The position numbers and the translations under genes were made by a program. DNA of 64,000 bases, taken from Caulobacter sp. (GTDB lineage Bacteria > Pseudomonadota > Alphaproteobacteria > Caulobacterales > Caulobacteraceae). Positions within the stretch are counted from its first letter, which is position 1. Every line of letters starts with the position of its first letter. Location of the stretch: positions 236,653 through 300,652 of the forward strand of contig JAYRYI010000006.1 in NCBI GenBank assembly GCA_041917095.1, written 5' to 3'. The notes under the pieces were generated by a model. The model was not told where the DNA came from, searched no databases, and saw nothing but the letters and a program-made list of their open reading frames with translations. Shown piece after piece: positions 40,872-50,668 of the stretch.

Positions 40872-41992
40872 CAGCGGCTCATGAACTCGGCGAGCAGGTC
40901 GACGACCGCGCGGTTGTGTTCTTCCAGGCCGATGGTGATCCGCAGATGGTCCGGCAGGCCGTAGTTGCTCACGCCGCGGACCAGGTAGCCCTTCGACGCC
41001 AGGAAGGCCTCGGCCTCGACCGCGGTCTTGCCCGGCGTCTTCGGGAAGCCGGCCAGCACGAAGTTGGCCGCCGACGGCGCGACGTCGAGGCCGATGCCGC
41101 CCAGCTGCTGCGTCAGCCAGGGGCGCCAGATGTCGACCAGGTCGATCGACCGCTGCTTGAAGTCCTCGTCGCCGAGCGCGGCGACGGCGGCCAGCTGGGC
41201 CGGGATGCTGACGTTGAACGGCAGGCGGATGCGGTCGACCGCGGCTGTCATTTCCGCCGGCAGATAGCCCCAGCCGACGCGCAGCGCGGCCAGGCCGTAG
41301 ATCTTCGAGAAGGTCCGGGTGACCGCGATGTTGCGCTCGTGCCGGGCCAGTTCGAAGTCCTCGCTGTGCTCGCGGTCGCTCTGGAACTCGGCGTAGGCCC
41401 CGTCCAGCACCAGCACCACCGAGGGCGGCAGGTTCTCGTGCAGGCGCCGGATCTCGCTGAACGGGATCCAGGTGCCGGTCGGGTTGGCCGGGTTGGCGAC
41501 GAACACGAGGCGCGTGCGTTCGTCGACCTGGGCCAGGATGGCGTCGACGTCGACATGCAGATCCTTCTCCGGCGCGTTGCGGATCTCCGCCCCGCAGGCG
41601 CGCGCGCCGATGGCCCAGGCGGCGAAGCCGTGCTCGGGCTGGACCATGTTGTCGCCCGGCTCCAGGAAGGTCTGGCAGAGCAGCTGGAATACTTCGTCAG
41701 AGCCACAGCCGAACAGCAGGCGCTCGGGCTCCAGGCCGTACTTCTGCGCGATCGCCTCGCGCACGATGCTGGTGCGCGGATCGGGATACAGCGCCAGCTT
41801 TCCAAGGGCGCCGGCGTAGGCTTCCTGCGCCTTCGGCGAGGAGCCGAGGATGTTCTCATTGGCGCTGAGCTTGACCGGGTTCTCGATGCCCTCGGCCTTG
41901 GCCTTGCCGGGCTTGTAGGCCTCGATCTCGACGATGCCGGGCTTGGGAACCGGGCGGTCGGCCTTGAAGCGATTGATGGTCTGGTCGGTCAT
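40871..41992 (-). CDS. hisC: Histidinol-phosphate aminotransferase
   Basis: 373 aa. Contains LSANENILG and the PLP-lysine block RTFSKIYGLAALRVGW. Confidence 0.9.
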   Translation of the reverse strand: MTDQTINRFKADRPVPKPGIVEIEAYKPGKAKAEGIENPVKLSANENILGSSPKAQEAYAGALGKLALYPDPRTSIVREAIAQKYGLEPERLLFGCGSDEVFQLLCQTFLEPGDNMVQPEHGFAAWAIGARACGAEIRNAPEKDLHVDVDAILAQVDERTRLVFVANPANPTGTWIPFSEIRRLHENLPPSVVLVLDGAYAEFQSDREHSEDFELARHERNIAVTRTFSKIYGLAALRVGWGYLPAEMTAAVDRIRLPFNVSIPAQLAAVAALGDEDFKQRSIDLVDIWRPWLTQQLGGIGLDVAPSAANFVLAGFPKTPGKTAVEAEAFLASKGYLVRGVSNYGLPDHLRITIGLEEHNRAVVDLLAEFMSR

Positions 41993-42039
41993 TTGGAAGT
42001 CCGGTCTCGATGCGAACCGGCTTCCTACACGGCGCCGGC

Positions 42040-42846
42040 CTAAAGGTCGAAGGGTTCGGGAGCCGCGCCGATGACGCCATGCAGCCGCCCCGGCGCGCGG
42101 GCCAGCCTGGCGTCATCGTGCTGATAATAGCCCGCGAGGCCGTACAGGGTCAGGCCGCCGTGCTGAACCAGCGGCGCGGCGGCGACGCCGTCGCGGCTCA
42201 GGGCCTCGACGACGCCGGCGACATTGGCGGCGTCGGTGACCCACAGGGTCTGATCGGCGCCGGTCGGCGCGATCTCGACCTGGGCCACGGCCACGGCGGA
42301 GGTTGGTCCCCAGGCGGTCAGGCAGGGCAGGGTGGCGAACACCTTCAGCGTCGGCTCGGCCAGCAGCCGGCCCCACCAGGCGCTGTCCGGCGCCAGGGCC
42401 AGCACGGCGACGCCGCCCGGCGACCGGGCGGCCGCCAGCGCATCCTCGGGCCTGGCCGCTATCGCCAGCTTCGGCGCGGCGCCGAAGCGCAGGCGGGCCA
42501 GCTCGACGGCCCGGCTTTCCAGCTTGCCGCCCCAGACCGAAAGATGGAACGGACCCTGCTGGCTCAGGCTGTCGGCCATGATCTCCCGCCAGATGCGGAC
42601 GACCAGGGCGTTGGAGGCGGCGGGATCCTTGTTGGCCAGGATCTTGCGGACGATCTGGGCTTCACGCGCCGGGCGCAGGCCGAACTTGCCGCCGTCGCCG
42701 GCGGCGCGCTTGGCCTCGGCGACCGCCCTGGCCAGCGAGGCGCGCTCGCCGACCAGCCGCAGCAGCTCGGCGTCCACGGCGTCGATGCGCGCGCGGACGG
42801 CGTCGAGAGTCTGCGGTGCGGCCGGGGCGTCCTTGCCCATTTTCAT
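42040..42846 (-). CDS. Chorismate mutase family protein
   Basis: Only the 3' 268 codons of the 667-aa track ORF look real (MKMGKDAP...LDAVRARIDAVDAELLRLVGERASLARAV). The start could be the ATG at 42846 or 42840; the GAGG spacing favours 42840. It is syntenic with hisC-tyrC. Confidence 0.8.
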   Translation of the reverse strand: MKMGKDAPAAPQTLDAVRARIDAVDAELLRLVGERASLARAVAEAKRAAGDGGKFGLRPAREAQIVRKILANKDPAASNALVVRIWREIMADSLSQQGPFHLSVWGGKLESRAVELARLRFGAAPKLAIAARPEDALAAARSPGGVAVLALAPDSAWWGRLLAEPTLKVFATLPCLTAWGPTSAVAVAQVEIAPTGADQTLWVTDAANVAGVVEALSRDGVAAAPLVQHGGLTLYGLAGYYQHDDARLARAPGRLHGVIGAAPEPFDL

Positions 42847-42932
42847 CCTCAAAGCGAGACGCGGTGCGTATTTCATCGCGGCGACGGGGGCAATACCGCA
42901 GTCGCGTTGGAAGAAAATTGCCGCACGGCCGC

Positions 42933-43883
42933 TCAGTACAGCCGCGGCGACGGACCCAGCGGCAGCGGTCCGATCATGGCCTTGCCGTCCTTGAGTTCGA
43001 CATCGCCGCTGAAGGCCGGGATACCGTCCTCGGCGCCCTTGAGCGTCGCTTCCAGATCGCCCTGCAGTCGACCGTCCAGACCGACCGTCAGCGGGCCGCC
43101 CTGGCCCGACAGCACCGCCTCGCCGCCGCGCACCTCGGCCTGGCGGACGGTGATCGCGCCGCCGGCGTCGCGCCAGCCGCGCACGGCGGTCGGCCAGTCC
43201 GGGCCCTTGAAGGCGCTCACCTTCGACAGGGTCAGGTCCCACATCATGCTCGCGGGTTTGCCCTGCACGATCCGGGCGGGCAGTCCCTCGAGGCTCAGCC
43301 GCGCGCCCTCGACCTTGAACAGCACCGCGCCTTGATCCGTCGGGCCCGGGCGCAGGTGGAGCTGCAGCATCTGCGCCGACTGCACCGGATAGGGCTTCGC
43401 CCCCGGGGCCGGTTCGAAGTTCAGGCCAACGCCCTCGACCGAGATGCGTGGCGGGGTCTGGTCGAAGCCGGCCAGGCTCGCGCGCAGCGCATCGGCCCGG
43501 ACGGTCACCGGTCCGCCCTCGGGCCGGGTCAGGGTCACGCCGGTCGGGGCGACCAGCACCCAGTGGTCGAGCCTGTAGATCCAGGCCTCGCCCTTCAGAG
43601 TGGGGGCGCCGATGGCCCAGCCGGACGGCTCGGCGATGCGGGCGCCGTCGAGCACGATGTCGAGGCGGAACGGGAAGCCGCTGACCTCGCGCCGCCGCCA
43701 GGCGATGTCGTAGCCCTGGGCCCGAAGCTGCTCGGCGGCGGCGTCCATCCGCGCGATCGCCTCGCCCTTCAGCCAGAACCAGCCGCCGCTCCAGCCGACC
43801 ACCAGCAGCAGGGCTAGAAACCACGGCAGGAAAAGTCCGCGTCGGCGGGGTTTGCGGGCGCGCTCGCGTTCGGGCAGGGTCAT
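42933..43883 (-). CDS. DUF2125-family envelope protein
   Basis: 316 aa. An N-terminal anchor (LFLPWFLALLLVVGW) is followed by FPFRLDIVLDG...ITVRQAEVRGGEAVLSGQG, the typical DUF2125 layout. Confidence 0.75.
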   Translation of the reverse strand: MTLPERERARKPRRRGLFLPWFLALLLVVGWSGGWFWLKGEAIARMDAAAEQLRAQGYDIAWRRREVSGFPFRLDIVLDGARIAEPSGWAIGAPTLKGEAWIYRLDHWVLVAPTGVTLTRPEGGPVTVRADALRASLAGFDQTPPRISVEGVGLNFEPAPGAKPYPVQSAQMLQLHLRPGPTDQGAVLFKVEGARLSLEGLPARIVQGKPASMMWDLTLSKVSAFKGPDWPTAVRGWRDAGGAITVRQAEVRGGEAVLSGQGGPLTVGLDGRLQGDLEATLKGAEDGIPAFSGDVELKDGKAMIGPLPLGPSPRLY

Positions 43884-43915
43884 CGTTGTAGGCGCTCTTG
43901 GATCGGCGGGAACGG

Positions 43916-44476
43916 ATGGACGGCGCAGAGGCGGCGCGGGACCGCTGGGTGTTCGGATACGGATCGCTCATGTGGCGGCCCGGGTTCCCGTTTGTAGAAC
44001 GCCGCCGCGCGCTTCTCCACGGCCGACGGAGGGCTTTCTGCATCTATTCGGTGCATCATCGCGGGACCTACGAGCGTCCGGGGCTTGTGCTGGGCCTTGC
44101 GCCCGGCGGCTCGACGCGCGGCGCCGCCTATCGCGTGGCCGCCAGGGACTGGGACGACGTCTACGCCTATCTGCGGGAACGGGAGCAGCCGACCGAGACC
44201 TACTTCGAGGCCTGGCGCCCGGTGCGGATTGAAGGGAATGGCGAGGTCGACTGCCTGGTCTTCCTGTCCGATACCGCTCATCCGCAGTGGGCCGGCGCGC
44301 TGACGCTGGACCAGCAGGCGGATCTGATCGCGGGCGCCACCGGCCTTTCCGGGCGCAATGTGGACTACCTCTCCGATCTGGTCGGCCACCTGCATGACGA
44401 TCAGGTCCGGGACGCCTGCATGGAACGTCTGCTCGTGATGGTGCAGGAACGCGAGGCGGTCGCCGCGGACGTCTGA
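43916..44476 (+). CDS. ChaC-family gamma-glutamylcyclotransferase
   Basis: The track ORF starts at a TTG (43898). The ATG at 43916 gives MDGAEAARDRWVFGYGSLMWRPGF, which contains the ChaC YGSL motif. Confidence 0.85.
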   Translation: MDGAEAARDRWVFGYGSLMWRPGFPFVERRRALLHGRRRAFCIYSVHHRGTYERPGLVLGLAPGGSTRGAAYRVAARDWDDVYAYLREREQPTETYFEAWRPVRIEGNGEVDCLVFLSDTAHPQWAGALTLDQQADLIAGATGLSGRNVDYLSDLVGHLHDDQVRDACMERLLVMVQEREAVAADV

Positions 44477-44651
44477 CCCGGTGGGTCCGGATTTGTCGCA
44501 GGTCTGGGTTGTGGTCCCGGGAAAATCCTCTGTGGAACAGGCCCTTGCTCCACCGCGCAACGCCATTTTTCGAAGTTGTTAACCAGTCAGTGCGACGTCG
44601 GACTGTCGCGCGGCTCGACTCGCGCGCGCTGTCCATCGAGGGGGAACGTCC

Positions 44652-46259
44652 ATGGCATTCGGCTTTCTGGGAGGCGACCGCCACAAGGCCGCCAGGGACG
44701 CGGAACGACTCCGCGAACTCGAAGCCCAGCAGACGGCCATGGAGCGCTCGCAGGCCATTATCGAGTTCGAGCCGGACGGCACAATTCTCCGCGCCAATGG
44801 CAACTTCCTCTCCACCGTCGGCTACGCCGCCGGAGAGATCGAGGGGCGCAAGCACAGCCTGTTCTGCACGCCAGAGCACGCGGCCTCGGCCGAGTATCGC
44901 CAGCTGTGGTCCGACCTCGCCCGCGGCGAGTTCCGCGTCGGCAAGTTCGAGCGGGTCGGCAAGGGCGGCCGCAGGATCTGGCTCCGCGCCTCCTATAATC
45001 CGGTGTTCGGGCCGGACGGCCGGGTGATGAAGGTCGTGAAGTTCGCCCAGGACGTCACCGAGGATGAGCTCGAGCGCAAGCGGGCGGACGAGGCGCGTCG
45101 CGAGGGCGAGGAAGAACAGAACGCCGTGGTCGCGACGCTGGCCGAGAGCCTTGGCCGCCTGGCCCGCGGCGACCTGCGCGCCCGCATCGACGTGGCCTTC
45201 CCGGGCGCCTACCAGAAGCTCAAGGAAGACTTCAACGCCGCTGTCCACAGCCTGAAGACGGCGATGGCGTCGATCAACGACTCCACCAACGCCATCAACT
45301 CCGGCTCGAACGAGATCGCCAACGCCGCCGACGACCTTTCCAAGCGCACCGAGCAGCAGGCCGCCCGACTGGAAGAGACGGCGGCGGCGCTCGACCAGAT
45401 CACCGCCACCGTCCGCCGGTCGGCCGAAGGCGCCCAGCAGGCCGCCTCGGTGGTGACCGGCGCGCGCGGCGACGCCGAACGCTCGGGCGAAGTCGTCCGC
45501 CAGGCGACGGCGGCGATGAGCGAGATCGAGAAATCGTCCCAGCAGATCGGCCAGATCATCGGCGTGATCGATGAGATCGCCTTCCAGACCAACCTGCTGG
45601 CCCTGAACGCGGGCGTCGAGGCGGCCCGGGCCGGCGACGCCGGCAAGGGGTTCGCGGTCGTCGCCTCGGAGGTCCGCGGCCTGGCTCAGCGCTCGGCCGA
45701 GGCCGCCAAGGAGATCAAGGCGCTGATCAGCGCCTCGACCACCCAGGTCGGCGAGGGCGTGAAGCTGGTCGGCGAAACCGGCAAGGCCCTGGCCGCGATT
45801 GTCGGCAAGGTCGGCGAGATCAATGATCTGGTCGCCGAGATCAGCGCGTCGTCGCAGGAGCAGGCGACGGCGCTCGGCGACGTCAACAGCGCCGTGAACC
45901 AGATGGACCAGATGACCCAGCAGAACGCGGCGATGGTCGAACAGACCACTGCGGCGGCCCGTTCGCTGCGCGGCGAGGCGGGCCAGCTGTCGACGCTGGT
46001 CGAGAGCTTCGAGATCGACCGCGGCGTGGCGCGGGCTGCGCCGCGCTACGAGCCGGCCCCGCGCCAGGAACCCGCCCGGCCGGCGCCGTCGGTCCACGAG
46101 CCGGCGCGCTTCGAGGCGCCCACGCCGCCCGTCCGGCGTCCTGCGCCGCCTGTGCTCGAAGAGAATCCGGTCCACGCGGCCCGCTCGCGCCTTCAGGCCT
46201 TCGCCAGCGGCGCCGCCGCCCGTCGGGCTCCCGCGTCGGACGACTGGGAAGAGTTCTAG
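44652..46259 (+). CDS. Soluble PAS-domain methyl-accepting chemotaxis protein
   Basis: N-terminal PAS region ([23 protein letters not shown]) and the highly conserved MCP signalling hairpin [42 protein letters not shown] see no TM segments. Confidence 0.9.
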   Translation: MAFGFLGGDRHKAARDAERLRELEAQQTAMERSQAIIEFEPDGTILRANGNFLSTVGYAAGEIEGRKHSLFCTPEHAASAEYRQLWSDLARGEFRVGKFERVGKGGRRIWLRASYNPVFGPDGRVMKVVKFAQDVTEDELERKRADEARREGEEEQNAVVATLAESLGRLARGDLRARIDVAFPGAYQKLKEDFNAAVHSLKTAMASINDSTNAINSGSNEIANAADDLSKRTEQQAARLEETAAALDQITATVRRSAEGAQQAASVVTGARGDAERSGEVVRQATAAMSEIEKSSQQIGQIIGVIDEIAFQTNLLALNAGVEAARAGDAGKGFAVVASEVRGLAQRSAEAAKEIKALISASTTQVGEGVKLVGETGKALAAIVGKVGEINDLVAEISASSQEQATALGDVNSAVNQMDQMTQQNAAMVEQTTAAARSLRGEAGQLSTLVESFEIDRGVARAAPRYEPAPRQEPARPAPSVHEPARFEAPTPPVRRPAPPVLEENPVHAARSRLQAFASGAAARRAPASDDWEEF

Positions 46260-46267
46260 GCCTTCCC

Positions 46268-46361
46268 CTAGGGTCCGGACTCAGTTCGAGCTTACAAAAC
46301 ACAATAACTTCCCCTCATCCCGGCATTCGCCGGGGTGAGCGGTACTGAGTACGAACCCTAG
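46268..46361. repeat. 94-bp element bounded by 18-bp inverted repeats
   Basis: CTAGGGTCCGGACTCAGT (46268-46285) is complementary to ACTGAGTACGAACCCTAG (46344-46361) at 16 of 18 positions. The interior is AT-rich and holds a CCCGGC-ATTC-GCCGGG hairpin. Confidence 0.45.
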
Positions 46362-46446
46362 AGCACCGATCGTTGCGCGGGCCTGACAGGTCTTCGCAAG
46401 GCCTTCACCGTCGCCCGCCGCCCGGCTAGGTTGCGTTCCCTGAAGT

Positions 46447-48168
46447 ATGGCGGGGGCTGGCGTGATTATCGGTATCGACCTGGGCACGACCAACAGTGCG
46501 GTCGCGGTCTGGCGTGACGGCAAGGCGGAACTGATCCCCAACGGCCTGGGCCATGTGCTTACGCCGTCGGCGGTGGGCCTTGCGGACAACGGCGAGCTAC
46601 TGGTCGGGCTCGCGGCGCGCGAGCGGCAGGCGACCCATCCGCTGCTCACCGCGACGGCCTTCAAGCGCTACATGGGCAGCGCGCGCCGCACCCGGCTGGG
46701 CGACCGCGAGCTGCTTCCGGAGGAGCTTTCGGCGCTGGTCCTGCGCAGCCTGAAGGCGGACGCCGAAGCCTATCTGGGCGAAGCGGTGACCGAAGCGGTC
46801 ATCACCGTGCCGGCCTACTTCAACGACAAGCAGCGCAAGGCCACCCGCCGGGCGGGCGAGCTGGCGGGACTGAAGGTCGAGCGCCTTCTGAACGAACCGA
46901 CGGCGGCCGCGCTCGCCTACGGCATCCACGACGCCGATAAGGAGTCGATGTTCCTGGTCTTCGACCTGGGCGGCGGAACCTTCGACGTCTCGATCCTGGA
47001 GCTGTTCGAAGGGGTCATCGAGGTCAGGGCTTCCACTGGCGACAACCGGCTGGGCGGCGAGGACTTCAACGAGCTGCTGATCACTGCGATGCGGGCCAAG
47101 CACGGCGCGGAATGGCGCGGCGGCGGGCTGGAGAGCGGCGACGCGATCTACGAGCTGCTCCGGGCGGCGGCCGAACGGGCGCGCCGCGCCCTGACCACCG
47201 AAGCCCAGGCGACCATGTCGATCGTCTGGGACGGCAAGTCCTACGCGATGGACTTGACCGCCGACGCCTTCGAGGAAATGGCCTCGCCCCTGCTGAAGCG
47301 CATCCGCGAGCCGGTGCTGCGCTCGCTGCGCGACAGCGACATCCGGCCCGAGCGCCTGCAAGAGATCGTGCTGGTCGGCGGCTCGACGCGAATGCCCGTC
47401 GTGCGCCGGGCGGTGACGAAGATGTTCGGCCGCTTCCCCTCTACCGCCGTCAATCCGGACGAGGCCGTGGCCATCGGCGCCGCGGTCCAGGCCGGCCTCA
47501 AGGCGCGCGACGCGGCCCTGTCGGAGGTCGTGCTGACCGACGTCTGTCCCTACACCCTGGGGATCGAGACCGCCGACAAGGGACCGGGCGGCCAGGTCCG
47601 CGCTGGCCTGTTCTCGCCGATCATCGAGCGCAACACGATCATTCCCGCCAGCCGCAGCCAGTTCTTCTCGACCATGCAGGACGGCCAGCGGGTGGTCGAG
47701 CTGAACATCTACCAGGGTGAGTCCCGGACGGTGGTCGACAACATCCACCTCGGCCGGATGGACGTGAACGTGCCGCCCAAGCGGGCCGGAGAGGTCTCGC
47801 TGGATGTCCGCTTCACCTACGATATCAACGGCTTGCTGGAGGTCGATGTCCACGTTCCGGCGAGCGGCGAGAAGCGCCAGCTTGTGATCGTCGACAACGA
47901 CCACATGTCCGAGGCGGAGATCGCCAAGCGCCGCGCGGTGCTGGCCGGGCTGAAGGTCTCGCCGCGCGAGGACGAGGCCAACCGCGCCGCCCTGGCGCGC
48001 GCCAACCGCTGCTACGAGGAGTTCCTCGGCGACATGCGTCACATGATCGCCGCCTGGACGAACGAGTTCGAATCCGTGCTCGACGGCCAGGATCCGCGCG
48101 CCATCGAGGCGGCCCGCAAGGAGCTGCTGGCCAGGCTCGACTCGATCGAAGGCCAGACCTGGCTGTGA
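46447..48168 (+). CDS. hscC: HscC-type specialised Hsp70 chaperone
   Basis: 573 aa. Contains GIDLGTTNSAVAVWRDGKAELIPN, ITVPAYFNDKQRKATRRAGELAGL, LNEPTAAALAYG and FDLGGGTFDVSILE. This closely tracks the E. coli HscC sequence as I recall it, and the C-terminal lid is short. Confidence 0.88.
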   Translation: MAGAGVIIGIDLGTTNSAVAVWRDGKAELIPNGLGHVLTPSAVGLADNGELLVGLAARERQATHPLLTATAFKRYMGSARRTRLGDRELLPEELSALVLRSLKADAEAYLGEAVTEAVITVPAYFNDKQRKATRRAGELAGLKVERLLNEPTAAALAYGIHDADKESMFLVFDLGGGTFDVSILELFEGVIEVRASTGDNRLGGEDFNELLITAMRAKHGAEWRGGGLESGDAIYELLRAAAERARRALTTEAQATMSIVWDGKSYAMDLTADAFEEMASPLLKRIREPVLRSLRDSDIRPERLQEIVLVGGSTRMPVVRRAVTKMFGRFPSTAVNPDEAVAIGAAVQAGLKARDAALSEVVLTDVCPYTLGIETADKGPGGQVRAGLFSPIIERNTIIPASRSQFFSTMQDGQRVVELNIYQGESRTVVDNIHLGRMDVNVPPKRAGEVSLDVRFTYDINGLLEVDVHVPASGEKRQLVIVDNDHMSEAEIAKRRAVLAGLKVSPREDEANRAALARANRCYEEFLGDMRHMIAAWTNEFESVLDGQDPRAIEAARKELLARLDSIEGQTWL

Positions 48169-49958
48169 CGTCCATCTGGAAGCGGCTCGACCTGGCGCGT
48201 ACGCGCGACCGCGGCGAGATCCGGCGCGCCTACGCTCGCGTGCTGAAGGTCACCAACCCCGAGGACGATCCCGAGGGCTTCCAGCATCTGCGCCAGGCCT
48301 ACGAGGCGGCGCTGCGCTATGCGGACGCGGGTTACGACTACGAAGACGACTACGACGATCACGACCAGGACGCCGACTCCGAGACCTTGACGGACGGCGG
48401 CGGCGACGACGGCGCGGACGACGAGGGCTGGAGCCCGGACCCCGGGCGGGACGCGCTGCGCGAGTTGCGCGATCAACGCCGGGCGGAGCGAAGCGCCGAG
48501 GCCGAGGCGATCGAGCGCGAGGCCCGCGCCAGGGCGCAATCGCTGTACGCCGCCCGTCGCCGCCTGACCTTGCTGCTGGAGGGCGAGGCGGACCCCGACC
48601 CCGAGGCCCTCGCCGAAGCCCTGGACAGGCTGCTCACCAGCGACGGTCTCGAGGACCTCGGCGCCTATACCGAGACCGAGGCCTGGCTCAGCCGGCAGAT
48701 CGCCTGGAGCTTTCCGCGCACCGATCCGCTGGTCGATCGCGCCATCGAGCGGTTCGACTGGCGGGACCGGGCGGGCAGCCTGGCGTCCAGCCATGAGATC
48801 GAGCGCATCCTGACCCGCGAGAAGGATCTGCGCTTCCTGCGCCAGATCCAGCTGCCGAAGCATCCCCAGAATCCGACCTGGCGCGTGCTGGTCGCCGGGC
48901 CGGGCGGATCGCCGCTCCACCGCCTGCGCGTGGCCTGGATGCACAAGGCGGTGCATGAGCTGCTCGAGTCGCTCCAGCACAGGCATCCGACCGTGGTCGA
49001 CACCCTGGACAACTCGGTCCTGGACGGGTGGCATGACTACTTCGACCGTCCCCGGATCGGTCCGATCTCGATGATCGCGGCGGTCGTCGCGCCCCTGTTC
49101 GTCGCGTGGGTGGCCGGGGTTGCGGCGGAAGGCGTGGGGCCGATGCAGCGGGTCCTGTCCGGGCTCGCCGGGTTCGGCGGGGCTTTCGGCGCGATCGTCG
49201 GCGGGATGGCGATCAAGCACTTCGCGTTCGATCGTCCGCGCCACCTCTGGCAGACGCGCTGGAGCTGGCGCGCGCCGGCCTGGGCCAAGGGCGGATGGGC
49301 GGGGCTCTCCTTCCTGTCGATCCTCGTCATCGCGGCTCTGCCGGGACATGTCGCCGGCGTGATCCTGTCCGGCGGCCTCGCGGCCGTGGTGCTGCTGTGG
49401 AGCTTCACCGTCGCCGAGCATGACTCACATTCCGAGCTCGCGACGCGCCTGGGCGCCGTCGCCTTCACCAACCTGGCGCTGGTGCTGCTCTGGATCGGGT
49501 TGATGTCGGAAGGCCGATCCGGGCTCGCCATCGCACAGGCCAGTCTGGTCGTGCTGGCCTCAGGGGTGGCGTTCGCGCGCGCGCCGGTAACGCTGTCGGA
49601 AGCCTGGTTCGAGCTGACAAGTGAGAGAATGCGGATGGGCGCGACCTTCCTGGCCTGCGGCAGCGCGGCCTTCCTCGCCGTTCTGATGGTCGCGAGCGGG
49701 CAAGAGGGTTCGGTTCCGCCGATGCTTCTGGCTGGTCTGGCGGCATGCCTGTCGCTGGCGCAGCGCGTGCCGGCGCTGCGCGCGGGCGATGGCGAGCGGA
49801 ACGTCCGATACTACGGCACGCTGGCGCTCGGGGTGGTCGCGGTGCTGTTCGGCGGGAGCGCCGGACTGAGCGCGCCGGCGATCGCGGGGGTGATCCTGGC
49901 CGGCGGCAGCGCCCTGTCGCTGCTGGTCACGCTGATCGGCCAGGCCAGGGGACGCTAG
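48165..49958 (+). CDS. Polytopic membrane protein with an N-terminal J-like domain (DjlC-like) lacking HPD
   Basis: The GTG start overlaps the hscC stop (GTGA). The N-terminus is RLDLARTRDRGEIRRAYARVLKVTNPEDDPEGFQHLRQAYEAAL (J-domain helices II-III pattern). It then has an acidic low-complexity tract (YDYEDDYDDHDQDAD), a soluble middle region and about 8 TM helices. Confidence 0.75.
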   Translation: MTSIWKRLDLARTRDRGEIRRAYARVLKVTNPEDDPEGFQHLRQAYEAALRYADAGYDYEDDYDDHDQDADSETLTDGGGDDGADDEGWSPDPGRDALRELRDQRRAERSAEAEAIEREARARAQSLYAARRRLTLLLEGEADPDPEALAEALDRLLTSDGLEDLGAYTETEAWLSRQIAWSFPRTDPLVDRAIERFDWRDRAGSLASSHEIERILTREKDLRFLRQIQLPKHPQNPTWRVLVAGPGGSPLHRLRVAWMHKAVHELLESLQHRHPTVVDTLDNSVLDGWHDYFDRPRIGPISMIAAVVAPLFVAWVAGVAAEGVGPMQRVLSGLAGFGGAFGAIVGGMAIKHFAFDRPRHLWQTRWSWRAPAWAKGGWAGLSFLSILVIAALPGHVAGVILSGGLAAVVLLWSFTVAEHDSHSELATRLGAVAFTNLALVLLWIGLMSEGRSGLAIAQASLVVLASGVAFARAPVTLSEAWFELTSERMRMGATFLACGSAAFLAVLMVASGQEGSVPPMLLAGLAACLSLAQRVPALRAGDGERNVRYYGTLALGVVAVLFGGSAGLSAPAIAGVILAGGSALSLLVTLIGQARGR

Positions 49959-50668
49959 AGACCTTCCGCGATCAGGGCGTTGCTCGCGGTCTCGATGCGG
50001 CTTTCCAGCTCGCGCATGAACTCGCCTCGCTTCAGGCCGGGCGGGATCGGGGGCAGGAACTCGAAGACGATGGTCCCGGGGATGCGCTTGAAGCCGTGGG
50101 CCGGCCAGTGGACGCCGGTGTTGAGCGCCAGTGGCGTGACCGGCATCTCCAGCTCGCGATAGAGGGCCGCGATCCCGGGCTTGTAGTCGGTCGGCTCGCC
50201 CGGCGTCTTGCGGGTGCCCTCGGCGAAGATGACCAGCTGGCGGGCATTGCTGAACCGCTCCTTGGCGTCCTTGACCAGCTTGCGCAACGCGGCGGAGTGA
50301 GCGGCGCGATCGACGACGACCATTTCGGCCTTGGCCGCGTACCAGCCGACGAACGGCACCCAGGCCAGTTCCTTCTTCAGAACGAAGCAGGCGTCGTTCA
50401 TCACCGTGAAGCTGCCGAAGATGTCGAAGAAGGCGTGGTGCTTGCCGGCGACGAGCGCTGCGCCTTTGGGCAGATTCTCGAGGCCCCGCACCTCGAAGCG
50501 GATGCCCGCGATCCAGCGCAGCAGCACGACCACGCCCTTGCCGTGCAGGGTCAGGGCCCGGGTCGTCCAGGCGCGCGGGCAGACGAACAGGGGAACCATC
50601 AGCAGCGCGCAGATGGTGGAGTACAGGTAGAAGGCGATCGTGAAGGCGATCGACCGGATCCAGATCAA
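49955..50668 (-). CDS. plsC: 1-acyl-sn-glycerol-3-phosphate acyltransferase
   Basis: GKHHAFFD (HX4D) and FAEGTR motifs. The TTG start overlaps the upstream stop (TTGA). Confidence 0.88.
   Translation of the reverse strand: MIWIRSIAFTIAFYLYSTICALLMVPLFVCPRAWTTRALTLHGKGVVVLLRWIAGIRFEVRGLENLPKGAALVAGKHHAFFDIFGSFTVMNDACFVLKKELAWVPFVGWYAAKAEMVVVDRAAHSAALRKLVKDAKERFSNARQLVIFAEGTRKTPGEPTDYKPGIAALYRELEMPVTPLALNTGVHWPAHGFKRIPGTIVFEFLPPIPPGLKRGEFMRELESRIETASNALIAEGL

Noticed and set aside
44475-44487. GACCC-GGT-GGGTC hairpin after the chaC-like gene as an intrinsic terminator
   Set aside because: The stem is only 5 bp and the downstream T-run is weak (ATTTGT). That is not distinguishable from chance in this GC-rich background.
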